A DNA stretch of 64,000 bases, from assembly GCA_965223905.1 (NCBI GenBank), contig CBDCXV010000009.1, forward strand, positions 512,001 through 576,000, written 5' to 3'. This document shows, piece after piece, positions 20,344 to 31,412 of this stretch. Position 1 is the stretch's first letter. Each line of letters starts with the position of its first letter. A model generated the notes under the pieces. The model was not told where the DNA came from, searched no databases, and worked only from the letters and a program-made list of their open reading frames with translations. Position numbers and translations under genes: made by a program. The DNA is from Candidatus Latescibacterota bacterium (GTDB taxonomy: Bacteria > Latescibacterota > UBA2968 > UBA8231).

Positions 20344-21099
20344 ATGGCTAGGAAGCCACCGCCAGGACGATGCGTACATTGTAGAGCTGAGGTCAAGCAC
20401 CTGACTTGGGATCATGTGTTCCCCAAGGGGTGGTATCCGGGGAACACGCCTCCGAACATGGAGAAGTGGAAAATTCCAGCGTGTAGTCCGTGCAACTCGA
20501 GGTATGGGTGCATTGAAGACGACCTCGGAATCGTCATTCCCCTTTGTCTCGGACCCGACGCACCGAACGCCACAGGATTGTACCAGAAGGCCCTACGTGC
20601 TATCGATCCATCCCATGGGCGAAATCACAGAGACAGAGTGAATAGGAGGAAGAAACGACAGAAGCTCTTTCGGAGTTTGCTCAAGGGTCACGAGATTCCC
20701 AACGCTGTGTACCCAGGATTTGAGGAGAGATGGAACAGGGCTAAGTCGGATCAGGTTGGCCTTCCTGTTCCGGTAGATCACCTGAAGCAATTGGTCGTGA
20801 AAATAGTAAAAGGCATTACGTACATAGAGGATCGGATCTACCTAAATGAGCACACACAGATTGAGCACCATGTAGTAAAGCCAAGCATAGCCGCCCCACT
20901 CGAGAAAGCCGTGAGGGTGCACGGCGAAATACACTCTCGAGAACCTGGAATAGAAGTCGTCCGCGCCGTTACACCGGACGATGGCGTCTCTGCCCTATAC
21001 AAGATCACAATCTGGGGGAGGCTAGTAATGTACGCGACGGTGAAAAAAGGCCTTCAACCGGACGCTCCAGTGGACTCATCACAAGCTTCCTGCCTCTAA
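20344..21099 (+). CDS. HNH endonuclease-like protein
   Basis: CVHC, TWDHVFP, PACSPCN motifs. Confidence 0.7.
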   Translation: MARKPPPGRCVHCRAEVKHLTWDHVFPKGWYPGNTPPNMEKWKIPACSPCNSRYGCIEDDLGIVIPLCLGPDAPNATGLYQKALRAIDPSHGRNHRDRVNRRKKRQKLFRSLLKGHEIPNAVYPGFEERWNRAKSDQVGLPVPVDHLKQLVVKIVKGITYIEDRIYLNEHTQIEHHVVKPSIAAPLEKAVRVHGEIHSREPGIEVVRAVTPDDGVSALYKITIWGRLVMYATVKKGLQPDAPVDSSQASCL

Positions 21100-21114
21100 G
21101 GCCTTTCCACGAAT

Positions 21115-21522
21115 TCACGGGACTACTACGGCGGCGCTCTTCGGTCGGCAACACCTCAACTTTTGACTCGTTAATTTCGTCGCGGGCTCGTGCCCTTGAC
21201 TGCACAGACCGCAGGCTGCCGGTACTGTGCCGATGTCGCCCATTCGGTGCCAGTACTGCAAGACGTTGATCACCAGAGCTGCCGAAGAATGAAGCGCCTG
21301 GATTTTGGGAATGCTTCCAGTTTGCGGCTTTAGTTCATTGCCGTGGCCTGCTTTCAAAGCGACCAGCGCTTCCTCAGACAACGGCTCGAACAGATTGTCC
21401 TTGATGTTGATGGTGTAGTTCGGATTTCCTTCGGCACTACTGCGGCCCTGTAAGGCTAGCCCATGGCGGTGCGCCCATTGCAGCTGCTTCGAAAGAATGT
21501 ACTTGCGGCCGTTCATACTCAT
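21115..21522 (-). pseudogene. Truncated putative restriction endonuclease (PGN_0703-like N-terminus)
   Basis: NLFEPL, GNEL, ALHSSAALVINV; coherent sequence is lost after about 110 codons. Confidence 0.5.
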
Positions 21523-21580
21523 GGTCAGCTCTAAGTTCGAGGCAAACTATCCCTGCCGGTAGGAAAAATAAGGGTACCTA

Positions 21581-22354
<774 letters not shown>

Positions 22355-22404
22355 TGAGGCCACACGGGTCGTTGAATCAATCCCTGCGCAAGGAGAGCCT
22401 GGTT

Positions 22405-24525
22405 TTGGAACAATTCTCACTGGAGCACCCCGCGGGAAACAGCTCTCTGCTACTCAATGGCGAGTGGCAGTTCAGCGAGGGAACAGACGGGTCGCCACCG
22501 GCTGACAGTGACTGGCAGCGGGTGCGGGTGCCGCATCGATCGAGGGAATTCGAAAACGATCCGCCGGTATCAGGTTGGTATCGCACAACGCTGCGTGTGC
22601 CGGAGCAGTGGGATCTTCACGACAGTGACCCGGTGTTCGATCTGGCGCGGGTAAGGCATTACGGGCGGGTCTATCTGGGGGATCGGGTGGTGGGCGAGCA
22701 TTTCGGTATGCGGACGCTGTGGCGGGTCGAGCTGCGTGGACTGGTGGAGGCGGGCGGCGAGTATGATCTGATGATTTACACGCACAACTCGTCGGGCTCT
22801 TATGCCCATCCCGACCTCGACGAGGTCAGCGAAAGGGTGGCGATCGCGCTCGATACCTTCACGTGGCAGACGGGTTCCAGCACCATCGGGGTCGAGGGGG
22901 ATGTGTGGCTGCGACTGGAGCCGCGGCTGCTCATCGAGGATCTCTACGTGATGACGTCGGTGCGAGAGAAAACGCTCACAGTCGCCGTCACGGTGCGCAA
23001 TAAGAATTCGGCGGGTGCCTCGGCCGTTCTGGATCTGGTGGTGACGCGGGACGGAGGAGTCGAGCTCGAGCTGCCGACGCAAGAGGTCGGGCTCGAAGCC
23101 GGGGAAAAGCAGGTCGTGCGGGTGGCCGTGCCGTGGGAGGATCCCGTGCTCTGGGGGAGTCCGCCTTACGGGCAGCCGGTGCTGTATTTCCTGCAGGCGG
23201 CGTTGCGCCATGCCGACGAGGCGACGCCGATGCACACGCGGGTCGAGCGCTTCGGTTTCAGGGAGGTGTGGGCGGAAGGGGAGCGACTGCTGCTGAATGG
23301 GCAACAGCTCATGCTGTGGGGTGATCACTCGCTCCCCTATGTGCACGAGCGGCAGTGGATGACGCGGAAACTGCTGGATCTGGCTGACGGTAACATGAGT
23401 GTCGTCGAGAACCATCGCATCGATCCGCCGCCGGTGCTCTACGATGTGGCTGACGAGCTGGGTGTCTTCGTGGTGTCGTCCAACTTCTGCGTGGCCACGG
23501 GTCAGGTGAACGAAGAGTTGGAGGGGGCGGAGCTGGATCTTGTGCTCGAGAACAACCTGGCGATCTGCGAGACCTGGATCCGGCGCGACCGCAATCATCC
23601 GAGCATTCTGTTTTGGGACGTGACTGACTCGCGGGAACCGAGGTTCGGAATCCCTCTGCTGCGGCGGGCGCAGGAGCTGGATGACACCCGCATGAGGGAG
23701 GTCACGTACGACGTCACCAGTCACTCACCCGAACTGGTCGAACTGGTCGATACCTACCGGTTGTTCAGCGACAAGGAGCATATCGAGGAGGCGATCCATT
23801 TTATCCGCACGAACCCGGAGATGCCGGTAAAGCCGATCCGCGTCGGTGAGGCGGGCATTTTCGGGCGGCCGACGTGGGACTATGACGAGGCGCCGCCCAT
23901 GCAGGAGGGGGAGGACTGGCCCGAGTTTCTGGAGAGTATGCCCGAACGGAAGATTCACGGCCTGCAGACTTTCTACCTGATCGACCAGGATGGCAAAGGC
24001 TTCTATAATGAGAACACGGGCAATCTGTCAGCGCCCGTGCATCCTCAGATCACCTGGCCGTCGCAATCGGGACTTGACGCGCGCATCGATCCGTTTGGCG
24101 AGGGGACACAGGAGGCCTGGGGAAAGGCGGCGCTGTACCTCAACTGGTGTGATCCCGAGGAGCCGCTGTCACGCCGCACGTCCACATGGGAGTGGTCGCG
24201 TGAGATGTTCCGCGGGGTTACGGGCAGGGATGTAGGACCGCTGGCGGAGACGCGGGTGCCCGAGGTGATCGTGCATGTGTCACGAGGTGGTGAGCCGGTG
24301 GCTGGGGCCCAGGTTTTTGTTAAGGCGCTGGAGGGACAGGGTGTAGTGCCGTTCGGGATTCGGGGGGACGGGGCGGGTGCGAGTTGGTTCGTGTTGCCGG
24401 AGGCTGGGAGGTATGCTTTTGCGTGTGATGGGGGGCGGGTGGAGGTGTTGGCTCAGCGGCAGCCGATTCGCACCTCTCCGGGTTATGAGCATATCCAGCA
24501 TGTGCAGATGGAATTGGGTGATTGA
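22405..24525 (+). CDS. Glycoside hydrolase family 2-like protein
   Basis: LNGEWQF, GWYRT, RFGFRE, DELG, RDRNHPSILFW; TTG start after AGGAG. Confidence 0.75.
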   Translation: MEQFSLEHPAGNSSLLLNGEWQFSEGTDGSPPADSDWQRVRVPHRSREFENDPPVSGWYRTTLRVPEQWDLHDSDPVFDLARVRHYGRVYLGDRVVGEHFGMRTLWRVELRGLVEAGGEYDLMIYTHNSSGSYAHPDLDEVSERVAIALDTFTWQTGSSTIGVEGDVWLRLEPRLLIEDLYVMTSVREKTLTVAVTVRNKNSAGASAVLDLVVTRDGGVELELPTQEVGLEAGEKQVVRVAVPWEDPVLWGSPPYGQPVLYFLQAALRHADEATPMHTRVERFGFREVWAEGERLLLNGQQLMLWGDHSLPYVHERQWMTRKLLDLADGNMSVVENHRIDPPPVLYDVADELGVFVVSSNFCVATGQVNEELEGAELDLVLENNLAICETWIRRDRNHPSILFWDVTDSREPRFGIPLLRRAQELDDTRMREVTYDVTSHSPELVELVDTYRLFSDKEHIEEAIHFIRTNPEMPVKPIRVGEAGIFGRPTWDYDEAPPMQEGEDWPEFLESMPERKIHGLQTFYLIDQDGKGFYNENTGNLSAPVHPQITWPSQSGLDARIDPFGEGTQEAWGKAALYLNWCDPEEPLSRRTSTWEWSREMFRGVTGRDVGPLAETRVPEVIVHVSRGGEPVAGAQVFVKALEGQGVVPFGIRGDGAGASWFVLPEAGRYAFACDGGRVEVLAQRQPIRTSPGYEHIQHVQMELGD

Positions 24526-24728
24526 GAAGTGCTTGCACAGGGTTCGTCAATATCCCCGCTCTCTAAAAAAACCGTCAACCAAAGCGTTATTCTCGCTGCC
24601 GCCTACCCGATAGCCGCCCAAGAAGAAATAAGGGACCGCGCCGCGCCGGCACATTTCGCCGGCATACTGTGCTGTCAGCAGATGCTGGATGACCTTGTTG
24701 AGAATGCCAGTGACCGGACAGGTGTCCT

Positions 24729-24833
24729 CGGAAAGCTGAGCACCCACTGGCGCACCGGCACCCGGGGCAGCACATCGTCGACCCGGCGCGCCGCCGTATC
24801 GGCCATGCGCCGGCTGCAGCAGGGGGGGCAGGA
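24729..24833 (-). mobile_element. IS91/ISCR-family transposase remnant (Zn-binding region)
   Basis: CPPCCSRRMADTAARRVDDVLPRVPVRQWVLSFP. Confidence 0.6.
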
Positions 24834-25476
24834 GTGGCCAATGACAACAGCTCCGCAACTCTCCTCGCCATCTCCGCAAAGTACATCACTTCCTCCGGTG
24901 ACAGCGCCCGCCCGAGCACATCGCGTTCCCGGTAGGACACCCATTTCTTGAGCACCTGGTAGCCGCCGAGCTTGTAGCCCCAGATCGCAGCGGGGACGTT
25001 GCGCCAGAAAGCGCGGTCGTTCAGATAGACGTCCAGAGTTCTTGCGCCGAGGGTGGTTATTGAATTACCGAGCGCGGCGCGTTCCTCCGGGGTGTACTCG
25101 CGTTCGACGATGCGGCCCTGTCCCGGCATCACCGCTTCGCCGGTTCCGTAGTGGCCCCACCCTGCTGTATTCGCGAAGTCGTCGCCGGTCATGTTGCGAC
25201 CGTCGGTGGTGGAGGGCACAGCTATGGCGGCGACCTCCGGGCGCAATGCGCCTTGGGTAACGCTGGGAACCGGCGTGTCGGGATCGAGCAAGGGTGCCAG
25301 TTCGCGGCCCCGTGCCGCTGATGCAGCGAGTGCCTCTGGTGCGCCGTCAGCTTCGCCATCGGGCCAGCCCGGCAGCGGGATTCGTGGCCATTCCATGCGG
25401 AGCGCCCCGGCGTTGGCTTTGCGGTAAGCGGGATCGTGGAGGGTGGCGAGGACGTGGTGGAAGAGGTCTTCTAAAT

Positions 25477-26940
25477 GGCTATATACGGGTTTTTCAACGT
25501 GGTATTTATAGCGTTTCCCCAATGAGATTTTTAGGGTTTCATACTGTACGGAATCGGGCCGGAATCTGCGCAGGGATATCGAGGTCTCCGACGCACAGGT
25601 AAATCAGGTCGGCAAAGGCATCCAGAGTTTTAAATCCACTGGCTCGATTCTTGACCATGCGGATAATGCGATTGAGCCCTTCGGCGGCGGCGTTGGTCAG
25701 GTGCGTGTCGACGAAGGCGGTGATGCCGGCCGCCTGCTTGCGCACCGTGTTGACGAACTTGCGCAGGGGCTGCAGGCGGCTGCGCAGGGCCGCCGTCGTC
25801 CACTTCTTGAGGAAGCGTTCGGCGGCCCAGCGCGCCTTGTAGCGCCAGAAGTGCTCGAACTCGTCCTTCAGGCGCCAGGCGCGGTAGATGCGGCGGTTGG
25901 CCTTCTCCAGGGTTTGGAGCGTGCGCCGATCCTTTCGCGAGCGCTGGGCGGAGTGATGCAGCAGCACCCAGCGCAGGCCCTTGAGCAGCTTGCGGTCCTC
26001 GCCACAGGCTTGCCGCCACTGCTCCTTGCGCACCTCGTCGACGGCTTCGTTGAGGGCCTTGACGACGTGGAATCGGTCCAGGACCAACTCGGCGTTGGGA
26101 CCATGCTGCCGGATGGCGCCGATGAAGGTCTCGCTCAGGTCGCAGCAGGCCCAGCGGATGCGGTCCTTCTGGAAGGCGCTGAGATGGTCCCGGAAAAACG
26201 CGTCGATGGTCTTCCGTGCCTTGCCCTTGCCGACCCAGACGACACGGGAGCGTTCCAGGTCGTAGACCAGGGTAGCGTATTTATGGCCCTTGGCGTAGGA
26301 GATCTCGTCGATGCCGAGGGTCTTCAGCCGGCGGATGCGGTGCCCCGTACGCCGGCGCTCGATGAGCCGGTGCAGCTGGTCGGACAGGGTCGACGGGGCC
26401 AGACCCAGCAGGCGCGCGGCGGCGGCCTGCGTCATCCACTGGCAGTACCTCAGCAGCAGGTATTCGAAGCGGTAGCTGACCTGGGCCGAGGGCGCCGCCC
26501 AGGGCACCTCCTCGACGCGACGGCCGTGGGTCGGGCAGCGGATCTCCCGAGGGGCGTGGTGCAACCAGAGGGTACGGCCGCAAACGCGGACGTCGCGCCA
26601 GCGGCGGAACTCCATGACCTGTACGATCTTGCCGCGGCGCCCACACTCGGGACACCGGCACCCGTTCCTTTGGGGCTTCACCGCGACCACGACGGCCGCT
26701 TCTTCCCCGTGTCCTTCGAACCACACGCCCACCGCGCGAAATCCCTTGAATTGGAACAGCTTGGAGACGAACTTCATAGCGGTCATAGGTCGCCTTCCCT
26801 TCCCTTTCTTGGGGAGTGCTTGATGGGGATACACCAAGCATAGGGAACGACCTATGGCCTTGTCATGTACTCAGATGGACAGCAAGGGCTCAGGTACTTT
26901 CCGTACTTACGTTTCGGCGTTGAAAAACCCGGATAGACCC
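25477..26940 (-). mobile_element. ISL3-family insertion sequence with 8-bp TSD TTCTAAAT
   Basis: Imperfect terminal IRs GGCTATATACGGGTTTTTCAACG / CGTTGAAAAACCCGGATAGACCC; TSD at 25469-25476 and 26941-26948. Confidence 0.9.
25539..26786 (-). CDS. ISL3 transposase
   Basis: CPECG zinc finger, LGIDE, DRFHVV, TNAAAEGLN. Confidence 0.92.
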   Translation of the reverse strand: MTAMKFVSKLFQFKGFRAVGVWFEGHGEEAAVVVAVKPQRNGCRCPECGRRGKIVQVMEFRRWRDVRVCGRTLWLHHAPREIRCPTHGRRVEEVPWAAPSAQVSYRFEYLLLRYCQWMTQAAAARLLGLAPSTLSDQLHRLIERRRTGHRIRRLKTLGIDEISYAKGHKYATLVYDLERSRVVWVGKGKARKTIDAFFRDHLSAFQKDRIRWACCDLSETFIGAIRQHGPNAELVLDRFHVVKALNEAVDEVRKEQWRQACGEDRKLLKGLRWVLLHHSAQRSRKDRRTLQTLEKANRRIYRAWRLKDEFEHFWRYKARWAAERFLKKWTTAALRSRLQPLRKFVNTVRKQAAGITAFVDTHLTNAAAEGLNRIIRMVKNRASGFKTLDAFADLIYLCVGDLDIPAQIPARFRTV

Positions 26941-27401
26941 TTCTAAATCCGCGCCGATACGGTGGAGATAGCGTTGGGCGACCCCGGACAAATTGGGGCG
27001 GCGTTGTATTTCGTTGCCGCTGATTCCGAGGCCCCCGTCACGGAGGTAGGCGGGGAACATGTTAGCACCGCGCTCAATCAGCGGAAGGAGCGCCCAGGGG
27101 CTAGAGTCACCCAACAAGGGCCAGCAAGTGGGTCAGGGGTCATGGGCTCGGTGGAGCCGCATCGGCCTGACGGCGAGGTGGGCCTGATCGAAGGTCTGGA
27201 CGTTCCTGACGCCTCGGCGGCGGCAGCTGGCGGGAAACGCTCCCCACGCTAGCGGCGCTGACGAGGACCGCATGGCCGTGGCTGGAGAGGGGGGTGGTAT
27301 GTCAAATGCTAAGGCTACTTCAGGTCCTGTTCCCTACGGGGAATGGAAAAAACCCCCGGACTTACCACGATAGAAAAGCTTGGTGGGACAGCGAATTCGG
27401 G

Positions 27402-27922
27402 CTAAGGAAGCGGTAGAGAAACGTTGCGTTTCCTTAGGGACTGTGCCATCTCTTTGGAGACATTCTCTTTACTGATGAAATTTGAGGTCACGGATTGTCC
27501 GATTGCCTGGGCAACCTCCTTGTCATTGAAGCGTTTTATTCGTGCTTGGGTCTTGATGGCGCCAGCAAATCGGGCAATCTTGGCAATAGGGCAATAGATA
27601 GTTCAACAAGATCTATATGCCACTGGTTGACGCCAGGGTCCGGCGTATCTCCTTCCTTGCTGGCTGCCCGTATGTCGCAATCCTCAAGGATGCTATCTGG
27701 AATTACGGCTAGATCTATGTGAGCCAAGTGATCTCGAGTTAGTGCCAATGCCGCGACTACTCTCTCCATTTGTCGAGCGGGACGATCCAGAATGTAGACT
27801 GACAGTTTATTGTTCGCGGGATACAGGCACTTCACGACATCGGCTTGAGTGTCTCCCTGTTCAAGCCACTCCATGTCATCCCAATGTCGTTTCTGACTTA
27901 GCTTCCTGAGGACGACTGCCAC
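27402..27922 (-). pseudogene. Putative toxin (ADP-ribosyltransferase-like), frameshifted by an 8-bp tandem duplication
   Basis: LRKL...LSVY...GDTP...HIDL; GGCAATAG x2 at 27582-27597; removing one copy gives a 170-aa ORF; ART fold is inference. Confidence 0.5.
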
Positions 27923-28836
27923 GGATACTCCAACTCCAGCGAGCCGACTAGGTCAGTGAGGTCCTCACGTAGTTCCGGCACACCCTCGCTCTCAATAGCC
28001 TGCCTAAGGAGTCCTATAGCAGCACTTCTTTCGAGGTAAGCCAAGCCCAAGGCGGCAGCATCTCGGACCAGTGGAGACCCATTACAAAGCCCGAGGGATA
28101 GCAAATTAACAACGGTTTCGCGTAAAGGCCTTGCTTCTCGGCGCGAGACCCACTCCAGCATTTCTGACATTACCTCTGGAGAGGCACCGCCTTTAATTAA
28201 CCGTAGCCTCAGATAATCAAGTACGTCGACCGGGTGGGTCTGAAAAATCTGCTGGAGGCCGGTTGAGAAGCGGCTCTCCACCCCAGCCTCGAATTGTTCA
28301 TCATGGGCGGCCGAGAATAAGCGATCTAAATTGGATACTATAAAATCAGGTGCTAAGACGCCGAGGAAGTCATGACTCCTTTGGTTGTCTGAGGCGCCAG
28401 CAGCGGGGGAATGCAACACGTCTTTCAGGTTGGCAATTTCGACTATAGTCCATAAAGAATCATCTAGAAGCTCGGGAGGCAGTCGAACAGTCGCCGTTTG
28501 TGGTTGCAGGAAGTAATTGTGATAGTCGGCTGAACCAAAAAGGTGTTCCGTGGCAGCCTGCGACTGGACGACATGGCGTGTCGAATTGACTCCTGGCTGC
28601 CTGTCAAAGAGGGGCAAGTAAGTGCCCTTGCGCTCGGATCCGAAGTAGTATTTTACCATGGCCTTCTGGGAGTGATCGGTACGCGGCGCGGAGGAAAACA
28701 GCCTTTCTATTCTAGTCCAACTATCAGGCGAATCATCGTGGTCAATCCCATACCTAGGCTGCGTCTCAGTGTTGGCAGGGCAGTCTAGAGACGCGGGACT
28801 AGTGAGATCCTCAAATGACAAGACACCGCTGTTCAT
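27898..28836 (-). CDS. Hypothetical protein with C-terminal HEAT-like repeats
   Basis: SPLVRDAAALGLAYL...LRQAIESE; overlaps both neighbours. Confidence 0.6.
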   Translation of the reverse strand: MNSGVLSFEDLTSPASLDCPANTETQPRYGIDHDDSPDSWTRIERLFSSAPRTDHSQKAMVKYYFGSERKGTYLPLFDRQPGVNSTRHVVQSQAATEHLFGSADYHNYFLQPQTATVRLPPELLDDSLWTIVEIANLKDVLHSPAAGASDNQRSHDFLGVLAPDFIVSNLDRLFSAAHDEQFEAGVESRFSTGLQQIFQTHPVDVLDYLRLRLIKGGASPEVMSEMLEWVSRREARPLRETVVNLLSLGLCNGSPLVRDAAALGLAYLERSAAIGLLRQAIESEGVPELREDLTDLVGSLELEYPWQSSSGS

Positions 28837-29414
28837 GCAACGTCCCCCTTGGCAGCAATTTCGTTTCCCAAGTCAACGAGCTCTTCAAAAATGCCTGCTA
28901 AGTCATCGATTCTTTGCGTGGGCTGCGGAGCAGTATTGACGTCTAATTCTAAGCGACAGACATTTCCGGTGACTGTAGACTCCACTCGTTCAGAGCCTTG
29001 CACCTCTACTCGTATTTCCAGAATACTCGCAATTGACCATGTTGACAGGCGATTGAGTTCTACGCCCTCTATTGTGCGAGAATGGCGGCGTCGGTTAACT
29101 CGGTATAGAAGATCGTGCATATCCATGTCGATCTTGAGTGCGGGAAGCAACTCGGTGAGAATCTTGTTCCCCTCAGCTGGATCCTGACTCAACCTCCAGT
29201 CTATCCGATTAGGGTTTGCTTGAACGCTCAACCTTCCGGTCAAATGGGGGCCCTCTTCCTGCATTGAGCGCTCACGCGGCCTGTGATTTACTGCTTCTGG
29301 TGGTGTGCCCACCAATTGCTCCCAGAAGCTCGCTGTTTGCGCTAAGGGTTCGAGAGTGAACGCGGAGAGCCTAAGGCTTTCCGTTTGCCAGTCATTCAGA
29401 CTCTGTATGGGCAT
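28833..29414 (-). CDS. Hypothetical protein, TIGR04255-like
   Basis: WQTESLRLSAF, RIDW, RLELDVNT; first gene of three-gene operon; family call from recollection. Confidence 0.45.
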   Translation of the reverse strand: MPIQSLNDWQTESLRLSAFTLEPLAQTASFWEQLVGTPPEAVNHRPRERSMQEEGPHLTGRLSVQANPNRIDWRLSQDPAEGNKILTELLPALKIDMDMHDLLYRVNRRRHSRTIEGVELNRLSTWSIASILEIRVEVQGSERVESTVTGNVCRLELDVNTAPQPTQRIDDLAGIFEELVDLGNEIAAKGDVA

Positions 29415-29874
29415 TAGTGGATTCCTCCATAAATGGGGCTGTATCGGTCCCATTCCTCAGGAGGGGTTTAAGAAGTAGTGCACGAATGATCTCTATTGAT
29501 GAAGCTCAAACCGGTGCTGCTACCCTATGAGGTGGAGAAATTGGAAGATAGGAGGGGGTGACTCTACTGCAAGTCTGGGGCCCAAGCCTCCTGGGCATTG
29601 AGGAGGGAGCACCCTTTCTTGGCGCCCGAAGGGAGGAATGTGGGGCAAATTTCCGGCAGGGTCCTCACCAGAGACCTTGGCCTGCGAATTCGACTTGGCT
29701 TGGGTTTACCGTCATCCTGGGCTCCAGCAGCCACTAGGCTTACGGCGGCGTGGAATGGGTCGAATGCCGGGAAGTGATTCAGGTGGTGGAGGTGTACCAG
29801 CGGGTCATGCTGGATGGCCGTTGCGCGAGGTGACCCGACCGATGTATGGGGCGCGTCTCTCATGCCATTGCCCA

Positions 29875-31082
29875 CCCGTGCTCGATTCTCGACCGCAATG
29901 ACCTGGCCTGAAGCGACATCTTTCAACCGCTTGTATCTTCATTGACAGATACAATCCATTCCAGACCTCAACCCCCCCCGGAGACAACTGAATCGTGCCA
30001 TTCCTTCGCGTTCGCATAGCCCCCTCGCCGACCGGAGCCCCCCACGTCGGCACCGCCTACATCTCCCTGTTCAACATGGCCTTTGCCCGCCGGCACGGCG
30101 GCGAGCTGGTGCTGCGCATAGAGGACACCGACCGGGCGCGGTCCTCCGACGAGCACGAGCGGCGCCTGATGGAGGCGCTGCGCTGGGCCGGCATCGAGTG
30201 GCAGGAGGGCCCCGACCTCGGCGGGCCTCACGGTCCCTACCGGCAGAGCGAACGGATCGAGATCTACTCGGGGTACGCGAAGCAGCTCGTAGACCAGGGC
30301 CGCGCCTACTACTCCTTCACGACCCCCGAAGAGTTGGCCGCCTTGCGGAAGCGCAAGGACTCGGGCGAGCCGGCCCCGTACGAGGCGGAGCGCGAGCAAT
30401 CGACCGAGGCGGCGCGGAAGCGGATCGACGCGGGGACTGCGCACGTGATCCGCATGAAAACCCCGCGCGAGGGATCGGTAACGGTCACCGACACGTTGCG
30501 CGGGGAGATCCCGTTCGACCTGGCGGGCCTCGACGACCAGGTGCTGCTGAAGTCGGACGGGTTCCCCACCTATCATCTCGCGGTCGTCGTCGACGATCAC
30601 CTGATGGAGATCAGCCACGTCATCCGCGGCGAGGAGTGGATTCCGTCGACGCCGAAACACCTGCTGCTCTACGACTGGCTGGGCTGGGACCCTCCGGAGC
30701 ACACCCATCTGCCGCTGTTGCTCAACCCGGACCGCTCCAAGATGTCGAAGCGGCGGAACCCGACCTCCATCGACTTCTACCGCCGCGCCGGGTACCTGCC
30801 GGAGGCGCTGCTCAACTACCTGGCGCTGATGGCCTACCCGCCGGGGGAGGGGGGCGAGGAGAAATTCCCGCTGTTCGAGCTGGTCGACCGTTTCGATCTC
30901 GGGCGGATCAACCTCGGCGGCTCGGTGTTCGACCTCGAGAAGCTGAGCTGGCTCAACGGCCGCTACATCCGCGAGGACCTCACCGCCGGGGAGCTGCTGG
31001 ATCGCCTGAAGGAATGGGCCCTGAACGACCGTTTCATCGGCCAGATGATCCCCCTGATGCAGCCGCGCATGCAGACCCTCGG
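29875..31082 (+). repeat. gltX: gltX leader + 5' CDS, copy 2 (truncated after about 362 codons; ORF runs on to 31344)
   Basis: 29995-31082 nearly identical to 33994-35081. Confidence 0.92.
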
Positions 31083-31412
31083 CGCATCTGCACGACATTG
31101 CGCGGCCAATTCAATCATCGGTTCAGTTCCTTGGATTCGGCGGCATCCGGTGTTCGAGCATGGAGAAACATGGCAGGATTCTCCCAGACAAATGGCAATT
31201 TGTCCCCATGGTACCACGGCTTACGGAAATGTACAAACCGGAATCCTTAACAGAGCACTAGTTGGAGGAAGCGGGGTTCGGGAAGAACACACCAGTATAC
31301 AATGGAAGGGGAAGGAAACGAAACGAGGGCGGGGAAGGCTCTAACGAAAAGGTGTTGCAATCGGTGCCGTTGGCGTCCAAATTAGAAAGGTACGATTGAA
31401 AGGAAGGTGGAT

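Larger units (their letters stand above)
24841..27090 (-). pseudogene. Type ISP restriction-modification enzyme C-terminal fragment, split by ISL3
   Basis: RRPNLS..RIGADLE|DLFHHVLATLHDPAYR..WPRIPLP..NVPAAIWGYKLGGYQVLKKWVSYRE; the frame rejoins when the IS and one TSD are removed. Confidence 0.75.

Noticed and set aside
24529-24951. Plus-strand 140-aa ORF after GH2
   Set aside because: Antisense to IS91 and type ISP remnants; no motif support
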